Shown here one piece after another: positions 62,898 through 64,000 of a stretch of 64,000 nt of DNA. The stretch comes from Streptosporangiales bacterium. Lineage in GTDB: Bacteria > Actinomycetota > Actinomycetes > Streptosporangiales > Streptosporangiaceae. Numbering within the stretch: the stretch's first letter is position 1; each line of letters begins with the position of its first letter. The translations under genes were made by a program, and so were the position numbers. The notes under the pieces are model-generated. The model searched no databases. It was not told the DNA's origin and saw only the letters and a list, made by a program, of their open reading frames with translations. The DNA lies in the NCBI GenBank assembly GCA_009380095.1, contig WHSL01000003.1, positions 1 through 64,000 on the forward strand, given 5' to 3'.

Positions 62898-63726
62898 TCA
62901 GCTGTGGCCGAGCGGCTCAGCGGCGGTCTCGTCGACGGACCCCTGCGTGTGCACGATGTCGTACCCCAACTCGTCGACGATGGGCGGCGGCGGCTCGCTC
63001 CCGGCGGACGGCAGCACGATCTCGGAGTGCGCGCCACAGCCGTGGTCGGCGGAGACGACCCGCCCGTCGTCGGGCGCGTACTCGTTCGCACACACCCCGA
63101 AGACCTGCCCCAGCGACCCCACGAGCCCGGTGTAGAAGCCGCACGTGGAGCACTGCATGGGCGCGGCGTGCGCGAGCGGGCTGTGCGGCCCGGCGTCCCC
63201 CGAATACCACCGGTCGGCCGCGTCGTCGCGCCCGATCAGGGACAGCACCCGCGCCCGGCCCAGCCCGAGCTCCCAGTCGGTGAGCGGCGAGTCCTCGCCG
63301 AGCGCGTCGGTGAAGCCGGGCACCAGCCGGTCGTCGCCGGGCGGCGTGGGCAGCAGGTCGCCCGGCCCCAGGTCACCGGGGCGCAGCCGTTCCGTCCACG
63401 GCACCCAGTCCGGCGCGAGCAGCGCGTCGCCCCCGGGCAGCAGCACGTTCTCGTCGACGGTGACGTTCCGCGCGCGGGAGGCGCGCGCCACGGTCACCGC
63501 CCAGCGCCACCCGTGATAGGCGGGATCGAGGCAGGCGAAGTAATGTGTTGCGACCCGGTCTCCCTCCGCGGCCACGCCAAGATGTTCACCGACGAGGTCG
63601 GCTCGGCTCAGCTCGACGGCGGCGGCACGGGCGAGTTCGACCGCCTCGGCGCAGGCATGGTCGAGGACGGGCGTGCGGGTACGGCTCCGGGTAGCGCTCA
63701 CGACTACCGATTTTCCCCCATCCATC
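62898..63726 (-). CDS. DUF3027 domain protein (Cys-rich zinc-ribbon-like C-terminus)
   Basis: C-terminal CSTCGFY...GVCANEYAPDDGRVVSADHGCGAHSE Cys/His cluster typical of DUF3027; start at MDGGKS (about 63724-63726); the ORF-track start is upstream. Confidence 0.7.
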
Positions 63727-63804
63727 AGGCACCTTCGTACGGCGACCTCCACGAAAGGAAGGGTACCGACCCCAAACCCCGTCCTGAACCCCTCCTCCAT
63801 CGGG

Positions 63805-64000
63805 ATGAAACAGCAGGTGAACGAGACGCGCGACCGGCTCCGTACGGGAGCACGCACCACCCGCGACGCAGTGATCCGGGTGAGCCGCGCCCTCCGGAAC
63901 GGAGCGTCGGGAACCTGGTCAATGCTGGCCAGAGGTGGCCGCGCGGTGCGCCGTACGACGCACGCGTCCGGCGCGGGCCGCACCGGCCTCGCCCAGCTGA
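63805..64000 (+). CDS. Partial hypothetical CDS running off the window end
   Basis: ATG at 63805 (MKQQVNETRDRLRTGARTT...) open to the window edge; weak RBS; no assignable homology. Confidence 0.25.
   Translation, partial: MKQQVNETRDRLRTGARTTRDAVIRVSRALRNGASGTWSMLARGGRAVRRTTHASGAGRTGLAQL

Overview
High-GC (about 70-73%) actinobacterial chromosomal segment; gene content and codon usage look Streptomyces/Streptosporangiales-like, and coding density is high. Most of the window is core metabolism and regulation. Recognisable genes include plsX, argS, deoC, two aldehyde dehydrogenases, two fatty-acid beta-oxidation gene sets (fadE-thiolase and fadE-tesB), an OmpR/HisKA two-component pair, an HspR-like regulator, ideR, pdxH, a type II citrate synthase, serC, an intradiol dioxygenase, an NCS2 purine permease, several MFS transporters, a large sacsin-like GHKL ATPase and a DUF3027 protein. 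Several short, visibly lower-GC (about 58-65%) inserts look like acquired accessory DNA: (i) an XRE-HTH/ImmA-IrrE peptidase plus PIN-like gene pair next to a truncated ALDH paralog (5.6-7.3 kb); (ii) a COG1373/DUF4143 AAA+ ATPase flanked by four 23-bp tandem repeats and a double palindrome, followed by MerR, MerR-HTH/HATPase/DUF4325 and MarR-GNAT regulators (27.8-33.1 kb); (iii) an XRE-TPR regulator with a SLOG-like Rossmann protein (55.6-57.9 kb). A uracil-DNA glycosylase carrying the UdgX-type KRRIH loop sits divergently next to ideR. Several genes carry disruption scars: an hsp20 5' remnant, a methyltransferase/PadR deletion junction with an extra frameshift, and a copper amine oxidase with an internal deletion. 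No rRNA, tRNA, CRISPR array, transposase or integrase was recognised. My nucleotide indexing disagreed with the ORF track by 1 nt at a few places, so start codons are approximate to within a few nt.
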